Positions 20,597 through 30,239 of a stretch of DNA of 64,000 bases are shown here, in pieces. The position numbers and the translations under genes are program-made. This DNA is from Bacteroidia bacterium (GTDB taxonomy: Bacteria; Bacteroidota; Bacteroidia; SpSt-205), in assembly GCA_025062295.1 (NCBI GenBank), contig JANXAJ010000004.1, positions 5,008-69,007 of the forward strand. Reading direction: 5' to 3'. Within the stretch, counting starts at the first letter, position 1. Each line of letters starts with the position of its first letter. The notes beneath the pieces are model-generated. The model ran no database searches and was not told the origin of the DNA. It worked only from the letters and a program-made list of their open reading frames with translations.

Positions 20597-21961
20597 CTAT
20601 CGTTCCGCCGCCTGCTCCCATTCAGCCAAGGCCTCAGCACATCGAGGGTCGCGAATCTCCACTGTTACATTCCTGCGCGCTCGCAGAAGCCACCGCTCTA
20701 TTGCTTCTTGCTTCTTGAGCTGCAGGGCAGCTTCGGCAAAGCGTTCGTAGTCCATTTCCAGCGTAGCCCGATGGGGAGGATAGCGGCGCTGAAGCCACAC
20801 TATTCTCACTCCCTTTCGTCCATCCCGAGCTGTAAAAGACTGTACCTGGGAAATTTCCCCTTCTTTCAGCTCATCTACAATAAAGTACAGGTCAGGGTCC
20901 AGCTTATCTAAAGGTAGCCGATAGGCTCCTGTCTCCTGATCAATAAGGCGTCCCCCAGTCTGCTTCGTGGGAATATCTTCAGAGAACTCAATCGCAGCCC
21001 TTGTAAAGGAGATAGAATCTCGGAGAATCTGTCCCCTCAAAACCTCTAACCGCCTACCGGCCTCCTTTACATCTGCCTCAGTAACAGAGGGCTGGATAAG
21101 AATATGTCTGGCACGCACTTTATTACCCACTCGCTTCTCCACTAAAAGGATGTGAAATCCATACGGAGACTCAAAAACGGGAGAAACTTCGCCAATAGGA
21201 ATAGAAAATGCGACTCGCTCAAACTCAGGTACCATCTGCCCCTTTACAAATTCTCCCAAATCTCCCCCCTGCCGAGCTGAACCGACATCTTGGGAGAAGG
21301 TTCGGGCCGCCGTTGCAAACTCCATTTTCCCCGCTATAATCTCATGACGAATCTGTTCCAGCTTTTCCTTTGCTGCTTCCCTCTCAATGAGTGAAGGCTT
21401 CGCCCAAAAAACAATCTGACTCAGCTCTACCTCAGCTGGGATAAAGGGCAAACTATCCTTTGGAATACTGATGTAAAAGTCTCGAACCTCTTTCGGGGTC
21501 ACTCGTACGTCAGCTGTGATTTTCTGGCGCATTTCTTCAGCCAGAATTTGATTCCGTACTTCATTCCGAAGCTCCTGTTTGAGTAAAGGCAAAGGCTTGC
21601 CGTAGATTTCTACGATGGCCTCAGGGGAGCCTAACTGTGAGACCAGTATTTGAATTCGGCGATCCAGCTCTCGCTCCACCTGCTCATCTGTAACCTTGAG
21701 GCTATCTATTTTTGCTCGTACTACGAGGAGCTTTTGGATAATCAAGCCCTCCAGAGTTTGACAGTATAGTCCTCCGTCGTCGGGTGTGCCAATTTGCTTG
21801 AGATACGCATACTGCTGGAGAAGCTGTGACTCTAAAATAAGCTCATCTCCGACCACTGCTGCTATCCCTTCTAATCGGACCTGAGCCTCAGTAAAGCTCA
21901 CCGACGCCAGAGGCAATAGCGCGCTTATACACGCTATCTTCAAAACCCGCCAGCCAAGCAT
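20597..21961 (-). CDS. SurA-like periplasmic chaperone / parvulin peptidyl-prolyl isomerase
   Basis: Signal peptide MLGWRVLKIACISALLPLASV. SurA_N-like region and two parvulin domains (FSQDVGSARQGGDLGEF; ARHILIQP..PYGFHIL). Start set at ATG 21961. Confidence 0.8.
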   Translation of the reverse strand: MLGWRVLKIACISALLPLASVSFTEAQVRLEGIAAVVGDELILESQLLQQYAYLKQIGTPDDGGLYCQTLEGLIIQKLLVVRAKIDSLKVTDEQVERELDRRIQILVSQLGSPEAIVEIYGKPLPLLKQELRNEVRNQILAEEMRQKITADVRVTPKEVRDFYISIPKDSLPFIPAEVELSQIVFWAKPSLIEREAAKEKLEQIRHEIIAGKMEFATAARTFSQDVGSARQGGDLGEFVKGQMVPEFERVAFSIPIGEVSPVFESPYGFHILLVEKRVGNKVRARHILIQPSVTEADVKEAGRRLEVLRGQILRDSISFTRAAIEFSEDIPTKQTGGRLIDQETGAYRLPLDKLDPDLYFIVDELKEGEISQVQSFTARDGRKGVRIVWLQRRYPPHRATLEMDYERFAEAALQLKKQEAIERWLLRARRNVTVEIRDPRCAEALAEWEQAAER

Positions 21962-22715
21962 GAAGTTTCTCCTGCAAAAGTAAGTTCCTGACCTGCTCTC
22001 GCACCATCTCAAACGGCAGCACCTGCCCTGGCAAGATGAGTCCTGTAAGCTGAAATACAAGGAGAGTAGAAGTTTTTCCCTCTGTGTATATAGTTTGAGC
22101 AGTACCCCGGAGAGGCAAGGTAGAAAGCGAAGTAGGAAAAAAGAACTGAAGACTGTCTAAAGCAGAACGGGGCACCCACTGCCCTACTACGCCCCCTGCA
22201 TAGTTTTTGCTCTCAAGCCAACGGGCCCAAGCCGAGTCCGACCATCCTAAGGCCCGGCTAAGTTCTTGACGCGCCTGATGCGTAGGCGCTAATCGCACCC
22301 ACCGATAGCGATAATAAGGCTGAAGAGCACGAAACCCCGCCGATTGGGCATGATATTTTTCAAGGAGAACAGAATCCGAAAAAGACCACTGAGCCGCCGC
22401 TTTCTCCATAAGCAAGCGAGAAAGGTAGGCTACAAGGAGCTTTGCTCGATAATCTTGAACTTGGGCCTCTACCCGTGTCCGAAGCTCAGGGAGAAGCCGA
22501 TAAGCTGTGTCGGCTAATGCCTGCTGGCGAATCCACTCTGCTGCATAGGTGCGCAACAAAAGCGTTGTATCGCTCCCTTCAGGAATGGTAATTCGAGCAA
22601 GGGCTTCATTTCGAGAGAGGTACCTATCCCCATATCGGGCAATCACAGGCTCATCAGGTCTGCGGCCGCAAGCAGCAAGAAAGCTAACGAAATAGACGAG
22701 CAAATACTTTCTCAT
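21888..22715 (-). CDS. Lipoprotein, hypothetical (chaperone-cluster associated)
   Basis: Lipobox MRKYLLVYFVSFLAAC. Sits between two PPIase genes. No PPIase motif seen. Confidence 0.5.
   Translation of the reverse strand: MRKYLLVYFVSFLAACGRRPDEPVIARYGDRYLSRNEALARITIPEGSDTTLLLRTYAAEWIRQQALADTAYRLLPELRTRVEAQVQDYRAKLLVAYLSRLLMEKAAAQWSFSDSVLLEKYHAQSAGFRALQPYYRYRWVRLAPTHQARQELSRALGWSDSAWARWLESKNYAGGVVGQWVPRSALDSLQFFFPTSLSTLPLRGTAQTIYTEGKTSTLLVFQLTGLILPGQVLPFEMVREQVRNLLLQEKLHAWLAGFEDSVYKRAIASGVGELY
21975..21982 (-). promoter_or_regulatory. -7 promoter box TACTTTTG (SurA-like gene, internal to the upstream CDS)
   Basis: Perfect TAnnTTTG, 13 nt before ATG 21961. The intervening sequence contains AGGAG. 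Confidence 0.4.
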
Positions 22716-24633
22716 TTATCCGCTCAGGATAGGTCTGACGCAAACGCTCCAGCCAGCGTTTCTCAAGTTCATCTTGATATTTTTGAATAAGCTCTACTCG
22801 AACCTCCTCGTAAGTCTTATAGCCAGGGGGAAGATAACGAATCACATAAGCTGTTTTCCATTCTTTGCCACCACCCTTCACAGGTATCCAAGTCGGAAGT
22901 CCTCCATTCCCGAAAAAAGGAAGATAAGTTGGCTCTGCCTTTTCCTTTTCTATAAACTGAGGTAAGATTCGCCATCCATATCGTCCAGCCCGGTTGAGAG
23001 AATCTATAGCCGACAAGGAGGCAAATGAGCCTAATCGGCGAGGCACTTCCGCTAACCCAGCAGAATCAGAACCGACAATTTCTATGACTTCAATGCGTTC
23101 TCCTGCCGGAAAGTCTTTTTTTCGCTCCTCATAAAATGCTCGGAGCCCAGCCGTATCCTCCACTGCCTTGCGCCAAATCTCCTGCTCGCTAATGTTGAAG
23201 AAAAGAACCCCATAGTAGTATTCCCGTCGCAGAAGTTCAAATTCTGGATAGCGACGGGGTAATTGCTCAAGTTCAATATCCAAGACCTTTTCAGTGGCAT
23301 AGCTTCGAAGAGCCTCGTCAAATACCTCCCGAGAAAGCTTCCGAGCCACTTGAAGCCCGCGATTAGCTGCCCAATACTCAAGAAATTCCTGGACAGTGTA
23401 TTTCTTCTTATTGAGTGTGAAAAGGGTCGCACTCAAGAGAGAGGAGGGCAACGAGCTTGTAGCTTTCTCAATATCGGGATAGAGAGTGTCCAGTGCTTGG
23501 TAAAGGGACTGACGAACAGCTGGATTTTCTTGATATTTATAAGCTGTGAGACGGCGTTCAAAGTAGAGCCTTTCAGCAGCTTTATAGCGCTCATCTCGCT
23601 GAAGCCGCGCTTTGAGCTCACTCCGCATCTCCTCATAGGAACCGATGGGCTTTGCTTCCAATACCTTAAGGATGTGCCACCCGAAGCGTGTCCGAAACGG
23701 CTCACTGTAGCTGCCAGGAGAAAGCCGCCGCTTCCGCTCCTCCATCTCAGGAAGAAGGCGCATCCATCCAAGTTCTCCACCCCGATTGACAGTCATGGGG
23801 TCGTCTGAGAAAGTTCGGACTACCTCTTCCCAACTCTCCCCCTGTCTCAAACGCTGATAAGCCTCCTGAATGCGCTTCTCTGCTTCGGTGCTGTCCTTCG
23901 CAGTGTAGGTAGGTCCCCAGCGAACCAAAATATGGGCTGCTTTTCGCTGCCCCGCATGGGGTACACGCTGCCGCACATATATCAAATGATAGCCAAAGCG
24001 AGTCCGAACGGGAAGCGAAACACTCCCCACAGCCGTTGAGTAAGCCGCTTCCTCAAAAGAAGTTACCATATCAAAAGCACTAAAGTAGCCCAAGTCCCCC
24101 TCGCTGCTAGCCGAAGAAGGATCATCTGAAAAGAGTCGAGCCGCTTCAGCAAACGAAATTTGACCTCTCAAAATAGAATCCCGCAGACTCATCGCTCGCT
24201 GATAAGCTGCGGCTGTATCCCCTCCTTTGATAGAGATCAAAATATGAGAAGCTCGAATCTCCTCTCGCATTCGTTCATACATCCGCTGTAGAAGGGTATC
24301 TAATACTTCCTTCTCTAAGAGGTATGGTTTAGCTAATTGACGCAGATAGCTCTCATACTCCTCTCGGAAAGTCCGACTCGTGTCCATTTTCCGAGCTTGG
24401 GCTTCAGCTACTTTTCGGCGGAAGTTAAGATAAGCTTCTAAGTATCCCCGAATCTGCTCAGGTGAGTGAGATTTTGCTTGATTCCATCCCCCATGAGCTT
24501 TCGCGTAGGCATATTCAAATTCCGCCTGAGTAACCTTGATATCTTTTCCAAGTCTGGCAAGCTCAGCCTGTCGCTTATTCCACTCTTGAGACCACACCAC
24601 TGCTATGAGTGCAACGGCTCTGACATACCGCAT
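22684..24633 (-). CDS. PpiC/parvulin-type peptidyl-prolyl isomerase (PpiD/SurA-like, two rotamase domains)
   Basis: Rotamase signatures ASHILISIKGGD..GDLGYFS..FGYHLIYV and AAHILVRW..GELGWM..FGWHILKV. ATG 24633 (MRYVRAVALIAVV) is preferred because the TTG at 24642 lies inside the -7 box. Confidence 0.8.
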   Translation of the reverse strand: MRYVRAVALIAVVWSQEWNKRQAELARLGKDIKVTQAEFEYAYAKAHGGWNQAKSHSPEQIRGYLEAYLNFRRKVAEAQARKMDTSRTFREEYESYLRQLAKPYLLEKEVLDTLLQRMYERMREEIRASHILISIKGGDTAAAYQRAMSLRDSILRGQISFAEAARLFSDDPSSASSEGDLGYFSAFDMVTSFEEAAYSTAVGSVSLPVRTRFGYHLIYVRQRVPHAGQRKAAHILVRWGPTYTAKDSTEAEKRIQEAYQRLRQGESWEEVVRTFSDDPMTVNRGGELGWMRLLPEMEERKRRLSPGSYSEPFRTRFGWHILKVLEAKPIGSYEEMRSELKARLQRDERYKAAERLYFERRLTAYKYQENPAVRQSLYQALDTLYPDIEKATSSLPSSLLSATLFTLNKKKYTVQEFLEYWAANRGLQVARKLSREVFDEALRSYATEKVLDIELEQLPRRYPEFELLRREYYYGVLFFNISEQEIWRKAVEDTAGLRAFYEERKKDFPAGERIEVIEIVGSDSAGLAEVPRRLGSFASLSAIDSLNRAGRYGWRILPQFIEKEKAEPTYLPFFGNGGLPTWIPVKGGGKEWKTAYVIRYLPPGYKTYEEVRVELIQKYQDELEKRWLERLRQTYPERINEKVFARLFR

Positions 24634-24639
24634 AGGGGG

Positions 24640-24647
24640 CAAAGTTA
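24640..24647 (-). promoter_or_regulatory. -7 promoter box TAACTTTG (PPIase cluster)
   Basis: Perfect TAnnTTTG, 6 nt before ATG 24633. Confidence 0.55.
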
Positions 24648-24668
24648 GAGAAGGAGAAGGCTCTCAAC

Positions 24669-26039
24669 TCAAGACATTACCACAGAGCGTCCTACCCTGA
24701 AGGAAGCAAGGAGGCGAGTGAGTCGCTCTATGCCTTCATCTATCTCTTCTATGCTAATAGTAAGAGCGGATCGGGAACGAATAGAGCGCTGCCCCGCCTT
24801 GAGAAGGAGGAGATTTTCTTTCTCCAAGGCTTCCTTCACCAATCTATCCCGCAGCTCCCTGCTGGGAAGGTCAAAGGCTACAAGGAGTCCCTGCCCTCTC
24901 ACACCTCCAATAAACTCCGGATAAAGCTGAGAAAGCTCCTCAAGACGAGCCTTGAGGTAGGTCCCTACCCGACCCGCATGTGCCACTATTTCATCTTCTT
25001 CTATAATCTCTAAAATTTTGCTAGCCCGAACCATATCTACCAGATTCCCCCCCCATGTGGAGTTGATACGAGAAGGAACCCGAAAGACGTTCGTGGGCAC
25101 CTCATCCACCTTTGGGCCTACAAGAATGCCGCATACCTGCATTTTTTTACCAAAGCAAATAATATCTGGAAGAGCCTCGGGTCCAAAGTGCTCATGAGCC
25201 CAAAAGCGGCCTGTCGCCCCTACCCCTGTTTGAACTTCATCATAAATCAGCATCACCTCATTCTCATCTGCGAGCTGCCGCAAATGCCGCATAAACTCAG
25301 GCCTGAAGTGGTTATCTCCCCCTTCCGATTGAATAGGCTCTATAATAATTGCACAGATATCATCTCTATGCTCTACAAAAGCTTGTTTGATTTGACGAAT
25401 AGCTAACTCCTCTGCCTGAATTGTGCGGGCTAAGCTTTCATCTGTCAAAGGGAAATGAAGCTTCGGATTGAGAATCCGAGGCCAGTCGTGAAACTTTGCA
25501 AAGTAGTTGGTTTTTGCAGGGTCCGTATTGGTCAAACTCAAAGTGTAGCCAGACCTTCCATGAAAAGCCTCCTGAAAGTGAATGACTTTCGTCCCAATCT
25601 CTCGTCTATAGCCTTTGGCAAAGTTTTTCTGAACTTTCCAATCCATTGCCACCTTAAGGGCATTCTCCACAGCCAGTGCTCCCCCAGCAATAAAGAAAGC
25701 ATACTTGAGATAAGGAGGAATAGCTACCCGCTCAAAGACTTGAATAAACTGCGCATACTCTTGAGTGTAAATGTCGGCATTCGTTGGATTGATAAGAGCT
25801 GCTCGTAGAAGGTGTTTCTGGAAGAGCTCATCTTGAAGCATCTTCGGATGGTTATATCCCAAAGGTATGGTAGCATAGCATCCAAAAAAATCTAAAATCT
25901 CTCTCTCATGCTTGCTATCGTAAATCCAAACCCCATGACTTCGCTCCAGATCCATCACTAAATCGAGCCCATCCCTCAGAATACGTCTCTGAAGGATGCT
26001 ATCCACAGCCTGCGGGGAGACTTGTATGCTATAAGCCAT
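24669..26039 (-). CDS. lat: Class-III aminotransferase, L-lysine 6-transaminase-like
   Basis: 456 aa. N-terminus DGLDLVMDLERSHGVWIYDS..ILDFFGCYATIPLGYNHPKM is as in the LAT family. PLP-fold motifs are present (IIEPIQSEGG, DEVQTG, the PLP-lysine region FGKKMQVCG). Confidence 0.75.
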   Translation of the reverse strand: MAYSIQVSPQAVDSILQRRILRDGLDLVMDLERSHGVWIYDSKHEREILDFFGCYATIPLGYNHPKMLQDELFQKHLLRAALINPTNADIYTQEYAQFIQVFERVAIPPYLKYAFFIAGGALAVENALKVAMDWKVQKNFAKGYRREIGTKVIHFQEAFHGRSGYTLSLTNTDPAKTNYFAKFHDWPRILNPKLHFPLTDESLARTIQAEELAIRQIKQAFVEHRDDICAIIIEPIQSEGGDNHFRPEFMRHLRQLADENEVMLIYDEVQTGVGATGRFWAHEHFGPEALPDIICFGKKMQVCGILVGPKVDEVPTNVFRVPSRINSTWGGNLVDMVRASKILEIIEEDEIVAHAGRVGTYLKARLEELSQLYPEFIGGVRGQGLLVAFDLPSRELRDRLVKEALEKENLLLLKAGQRSIRSRSALTISIEEIDEGIERLTRLLASFRVGRSVVMS

Positions 26040-26046
26040 AGTCCTA

Positions 26047-26054
26047 CAAAGGTA
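26047..26054 (-). promoter_or_regulatory. -7 promoter box TACCTTTG (lat-like gene)
   Basis: Perfect TAnnTTTG, 7 nt before ATG 26039. It lies back-to-back with the rsmE box in a 32-nt divergent spacer. Confidence 0.55.
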
Positions 26055-26058
26055 GCAT

Positions 26059-26066
26059 TAACTTTA
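26059..26066 (+). promoter_or_regulatory. -7-like box TAACTTTA (rsmE)
   Basis: 7/8 match (final A instead of G), 5 nt before ATG 26072. Confidence 0.4.
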
Positions 26067-26071
26067 GCAAA

Positions 26072-26767
26072 ATGAGCGGCATATTTGTCAAGCAGATATG
26101 CGACGAAGTAGAAGTGGAAGGAGAAGAGTATATCCACCTTACACGCAGTTTGCGAAAGCGAGAGGGAGAATTCATATGGCTCACTGACGGCAAGGGGACT
26201 TTGGCAGAGGGGTATCTCCTTCATGTTTCTGATAGGAAAGCTCGGGTTAGAGTAGTTCGGCGGCACGAGCGAATAGGGGAGCCACCAACTCCCATTGGAC
26301 TGCTTCTTTCCCCTTTACATCAGCCTAGTCGCATGGATTGGCTGGTAGAGAAGGCGGTAGAGTTAGGAGCTACGGAAGTGTACTTCCTTCCCATGAAACG
26401 CTCAGTCAAACATACAATCAGTCGATCTCGCTTAGAGCGTGTAGCCATTGCAGCGCTCAAGCAGAATCTCAGAAGCTGCCTTCCATCCATCTCTCTCCTC
26501 ACAGATTGGGAAGTCATACCGTGGGAAAAATACAGCTCTCTGCGAATGGGGGAGATTGGCAGCCCTATTCCTCTCTCCGAAGCCATCCCCTTCCCTCCCT
26601 CTCCAACCCTGTGGATCATAGGACCTGAGGGAGACTTTACCCCTCAAGAAAAAGAACTTTTAAAGTCTAAAGGAGTCTTAGGTGTTTCATTAGGAGCCTT
26701 ACGCCTGCGCGCTGAAACAGCGGCTCTCTTAGCTCTGGGAGCAATCAAGGTCAGATGGGGATTCTGA
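26072..26767 (+). CDS. rsmE: 16S rRNA (uracil1498-N3)-methyltransferase RsmE
   Basis: 231 aa. PUA-like N-terminus and a SPOUT C-terminal domain (WIIGPEGDFTPQE..LGALRLRAETAAL). Confidence 0.85.
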   Translation: MSGIFVKQICDEVEVEGEEYIHLTRSLRKREGEFIWLTDGKGTLAEGYLLHVSDRKARVRVVRRHERIGEPPTPIGLLLSPLHQPSRMDWLVEKAVELGATEVYFLPMKRSVKHTISRSRLERVAIAALKQNLRSCLPSISLLTDWEVIPWEKYSSLRMGEIGSPIPLSEAIPFPPSPTLWIIGPEGDFTPQEKELLKSKGVLGVSLGALRLRAETAALLALGAIKVRWGF

Positions 26768-27009
26768 GACGAGAAAAGCGGTATTCTTCATGGGAGGCTG
26801 TACTTGAAAGCCCTGTAAAAGAGTCCAGAGGCCCTATCCCCTTGAGAGCTAAATCTCATGGGCTTTCTGGACGATCAGAACAGGATTCTAGTGAAGGTAA
26901 GGCTCAACAGCGGAGAGCACCTTCGGCTACTTTTTCGGAAGGCTTTCCGAGAAGCCTTATGTTTGCCCCCTCCCTAAAAAGAGCCCTCTCTACGCCAGAG
27001 AAAGTGATC

Positions 27010-27225
27010 CTACGAGGAGGACTCTTTTCTCTCTTCTAAAGTACAAGTATTGACGCCTAAGAGGTAATAGAGCCCACACCTTCCTATTACAGCCGAAAGG
27101 GCAATGAGGACCCCTATCCCAACAAGCACCCAGTATGAGTAATAGATACCTGCTCCTGTTAGAAGGCCTCCTATGATGGAGCGGATGATTTTATCGGTCT
27201 TCCCGACATTCGGATAAAGCTTCAT
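27010..27225 (-). CDS. DUF2892 (YgaP-like) small membrane protein
   Basis: 71 aa. NVGKTDKIIRSIIGGLL followed by two TM helices and a conserved CGLY motif. Confidence 0.6.
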   Translation of the reverse strand: MKLYPNVGKTDKIIRSIIGGLLTGAGIYYSYWVLVGIGVLIALSAVIGRCGLYYLLGVNTCTLEERKESSS

Positions 27226-27380
27226 ATCTCAGAAAACAATAGGCTCTTCCATAAAGGTTCCGAATAATAAGATTTCCGTGGAGAGCCTGTCCCTGGACAG
27301 GAAGAGAAGGTAGCGACTATCATCTTACATTGCCCATTCCTGCTGTAGGTGGGAGGATACAACAGCTGCTTTATGCTCTT

Positions 27381-27953
27381 TTAGAGGAGTCGCCTCAATA
27401 GGTCTTCCCGAAGCATCTCATACTCAATCAGAGAAAGCTTTCCTTCCTGATACTTCTCATGAAGAAGATCAATCGTTCTTAGTACCTCGTCACGCAGCTC
27501 AAGCCATTGAATGCTAGCTGGATTGAGTCCTACTCGCATTTGAATAGCTCTTTCAATCGCATCTTCCTTCGGTGCTCGGATAATCATCTCAAATACACGC
27601 TCCATCAGCTCCGCTGCTAAGACGGAAGCCACTGGCATCTGATGGAGAATTGTTCGTCCTAACTGACCTATCTCCAAGATTAGCTTACGATCTACCCGAT
27701 GCACCCCTCGAATATCCTCTAAGGGATAATACGCTTTCTTATCATAAACATGAGTGTCTGTGAAAAGAACTTCATAACTCCTTATTATATTCTCTTGATA
27801 GTAGAATGCTACCACATCAGCGGGTGAAGTTACATGAAGAAAGCGTACAAGAGTTCGACCAAGGAGAGAGCTTGGGAGCTTAGGATGACGATAAAAGCCC
27901 AAGGTCGGGTTTTCTGGAAATTTTCGCAGTAGGAGTACCCGATAACTGCGCAC
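27381..27953 (-). CDS. Hypothetical protein, bacterial PH-like N-domain and SHOCT-like C-terminus (tentative)
   Basis: The EVLFTDTHVYDKKAYYPLEDIRGV pattern resembles bPH/GRAM-like domains. The C-terminal HEKYQEGKLSLIEYEMLREDLLRRLL resembles SHOCT. GTG 27953 is chosen because the TTG at 27962 lies inside the -7 box. Confidence 0.45.
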   Translation of the reverse strand: MRSYRVLLLRKFPENPTLGFYRHPKLPSSLLGRTLVRFLHVTSPADVVAFYYQENIIRSYEVLFTDTHVYDKKAYYPLEDIRGVHRVDRKLILEIGQLGRTILHQMPVASVLAAELMERVFEMIIRAPKEDAIERAIQMRVGLNPASIQWLELRDEVLRTIDLLHEKYQEGKLSLIEYEMLREDLLRRLL

Positions 27954-27959
27954 AAAAAG

Positions 27960-27967
27960 CAAATCTA
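27960..27967 (-). promoter_or_regulatory. -7 promoter box TAGATTTG (PH/SHOCT-like orphan)
   Basis: Perfect TAnnTTTG, 6 nt before GTG 27953. It overlaps the ORF-track TTG start. Confidence 0.5.
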
Positions 27968-27995
27968 AGGTATGGAGAGAATATGATAAGATGGA

Positions 27996-30155
27996 TTACC
28001 GCCTTTTTCTGTAGCGGATGATGCGACAGAAGGCATGCTTACGGACGCGTCCTACCTGAGCCCAGAGATGAAGTAAGGTATCTTTTTCAGAAAGAGAATA
28101 CCATAAGACACTCCCTGCTGCTTGCCATCCAATGGTATCTGAGTCTTTTCCCCAAAGGATAGGCGAGAGGGGCGAGGCGACCGCCTGAAGAGGTAGGCGC
28201 GACCCAGCGAGCCAAATGGTTGTGTGGGAAAGAGGGGACAAAATATCTACACTTGTGCTTTGACAGTGAGGTGCATGAGGAGGGAGATAGCACTCTGTCA
28301 GGAGGGCCCATGGCAGGGGAAGAAATCGCAAGACCTTCATTGAATCCGCCTGCATAGGACGACAAGCTTCACAGTAGGTATATTGTCCATCCGACCAAAG
28401 TTGTCTCTGATGCTGACAGAGGGGTAAGGGAGAGCTTTGCTTTCGTCTCCATGCCAGTATGGAGTCAGGACAGAGAGGTCCTACTCTTTGTCCCGTGAGG
28501 GGACACACCCAAAGACACTCTACAGAAGTTGGAAGAGAAAGAGGAATGCCCACTCCGAGCAGCCGAGTAACCCGTCGAGCAAGCGGCATCGCCGCTTCCC
28601 GTCCACGTAAGCAACCACTTGAACTGCCGTCAGGATTGCCTAACCAAACGCCTACTAAATAACGACTATCATAAGCAATACACCACGCATCTCTGAGATA
28701 AGAAGAAGTGCCAGTTTTGTAGCTCCATCCATCCTCTTTCTTGAGGATATTGCTCACTATCCAGCTAGCAGCAGAGTCCCAGATAGTTATTCGGTCCACT
28801 GACTCAGAGGCCCATCGACGCAGTTTCACTTTATTCCCCCCACTGGCAAGGGCAGTGTAAGCCTCCAGAAGCCTCCATAAGGAAGCTTCAGCTGCCCCCA
28901 CAATACTGGCATATCGTCCTTTTTCTAAGCCATGAAGGTTGAGAAGGCGCCCCTGTTCCGAGAAGCGATGAATGCCCACACGCTCAAGAAGTTCAACAGC
29001 TGGCGCATTCAAAGAAAGAATTAGCGCCTGAGTAGCTGAGACAAGCCCCCGATATTTTTCTCGCTCAAAGTTAAGTGGTACATACCCACCATAAGGCCGA
29101 GGCACATCCAGCAAGGGGGTCTCAGAATGAATCTTTCCTTCATTTAGAGCTTGTGCCCAAAGAAGAGGCTTGAGCGTGCTCCCTACTGACCGCTGAACCT
29201 GAATAAGGTCTATTGCACACTTTCTATACGAGTCACTCGGGACATACGCTATCACCTTGCCTGTGGAGACTTCTGCAACGAGAATTGCCCCTTGGCGAAC
29301 ACCACACAGGCGCTGCCGCTCTACCTCCTGTTGAAGCAATTGCTCTAGCTGCTTCTGAAAAGCAAGTCTAAGATATAATGTATCTCCCCTATCAGCATGA
29401 GCAGGAAGGAGATATGGAGCCAGCCGAGGAAGGGAACGCCATCGTGCTATAAGGGGCGTACGCAGCGCTTGCTCATAGGCATCCCGAGATACCAGTCCAG
29501 CCTCGTACCAGCAAGCCACCCACTTCAGTGCACTCCGGTAAAAAGAGGAGTCGCCTCGTAAAAAGCGTCCAACTAACGCTGGACGCTGAACTAAAAGCAG
29601 CAATGCTCCCACCTCTAAAGGCGTCAATAACTCCGCTGATTTCCCAAAATAGACCTGCGCCGCTGTTTCTATCCCTTCAACATTGCCTCCAAATGGAGCA
29701 TAAGTAAGATAGAAACTGACTATTTCGCTCTTAGAGTGCCGAAGTTCTATGCTGACAGCTGTAATGATCTCTGTGAATTTTCTCAGGAGGAAGTTCTTCT
29801 TTGGTCTCCATAAGCGAGCTAACTGCATCGTAAGAGTGGAACCGCCTTGTCGCTTTCCAATAATAAAGGAATACCACGCCGCTCGCACCAAAGCTGGCGG
29901 GAAAATCCCAAAGTGCCACCAGAAGTACCTATCTTCCTTGTATAGAAGGAGGGGGGCGATTCGCTTCACCGCTAAGGGAGAGGGAGGCAATCGCCACTTC
30001 CCATCTTGAGAGAGACCCACATGAATAACGCGACCCTCCGCATCATAAAAAACCGGAGAAAGAGGAGCGCCCTGCGGTGCCATATCGTAAAGCATGCCCA
30101 ACCCAAACAGACAGCTCAGCCCCATCAGGAGGACTATTTCTCCTTTTCTCTTCAT
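27996..30155 (-). CDS. pbpC: Penicillin-binding protein 1C (bifunctional transglycosylase/transpeptidase)
   Basis: GT51 motifs EDRYFWWHFG and GGSTLTMQLARL. Transpeptidase motifs STLK, SLN and KTGTS. PBP1C-type C-terminal domain. Start set at ATG 30155 (MKRKGEIVLLMGLSCLFGL membrane anchor). Confidence 0.85.
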   Translation of the reverse strand: MKRKGEIVLLMGLSCLFGLGMLYDMAPQGAPLSPVFYDAEGRVIHVGLSQDGKWRLPPSPLAVKRIAPLLLYKEDRYFWWHFGIFPPALVRAAWYSFIIGKRQGGSTLTMQLARLWRPKKNFLLRKFTEIITAVSIELRHSKSEIVSFYLTYAPFGGNVEGIETAAQVYFGKSAELLTPLEVGALLLLVQRPALVGRFLRGDSSFYRSALKWVACWYEAGLVSRDAYEQALRTPLIARWRSLPRLAPYLLPAHADRGDTLYLRLAFQKQLEQLLQQEVERQRLCGVRQGAILVAEVSTGKVIAYVPSDSYRKCAIDLIQVQRSVGSTLKPLLWAQALNEGKIHSETPLLDVPRPYGGYVPLNFEREKYRGLVSATQALILSLNAPAVELLERVGIHRFSEQGRLLNLHGLEKGRYASIVGAAEASLWRLLEAYTALASGGNKVKLRRWASESVDRITIWDSAASWIVSNILKKEDGWSYKTGTSSYLRDAWCIAYDSRYLVGVWLGNPDGSSSGCLRGREAAMPLARRVTRLLGVGIPLSLPTSVECLWVCPLTGQRVGPLCPDSILAWRRKQSSPLPLCQHQRQLWSDGQYTYCEACRPMQADSMKVLRFLPLPWALLTECYLPPHAPHCQSTSVDILSPLSHTTIWLAGSRLPLQAVASPLSPILWGKDSDTIGWQAAGSVLWYSLSEKDTLLHLWAQVGRVRKHAFCRIIRYRKRR

Positions 30156-30215
30156 TGCAGGATTCCCGAAAATAGGAACTTCATCGGTCGGAAGAGATAA
30201 GCGAACGAAATACAC

Positions 30216-30223
30216 TATTTTTG
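30216..30223 (+). promoter_or_regulatory. -7 promoter box TATTTTTG (SUKH-like ORF / pabB)
   Basis: Perfect TAnnTTTG, 16 nt before ATG 30240. Confidence 0.5.
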
Positions 30224-30239
30224 ACCAAGAAAAACGAAA

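Noticed and set aside
21962-21974. AGGAG Shine-Dalgarno-like element 7 nt before the surA-like ATG
   Set aside because: It is an isolated case. The other genes in the window have no room for, and no trace of, SD sequences, and Bacteroidota generally do not rely on SD pairing. It is probably fortuitous.
26870-26925. Possible SRP (4.5S) RNA domain-IV-like sequence (..CAGAACAGG..GTGAAGGTAAGGCTCAACAGCGG..)
   Set aside because: It only loosely resembles the GGAA tetraloop / AGCA symmetric-loop consensus. The flanking helices needed for an SRP hairpin are not present.
26755-27039. 94-aa plus-strand ORF after rsmE
   Set aside because: Its composition is low-complexity and S/R/E/P-rich (..SGRSEQDSSEGKAQQRRAPSATFSEGFPRS..). 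It overlaps the ends of both neighbouring genes and has no promoter box or recognisable motif. I treat it as non-coding.
27280-27300. Hairpin CCTGTC-cctg-GACAGG as a terminator of the PH/SHOCT-like gene
   Set aside because: The stem is short with a tight loop and has no U-tract on the relevant strand. It is too weak to call.
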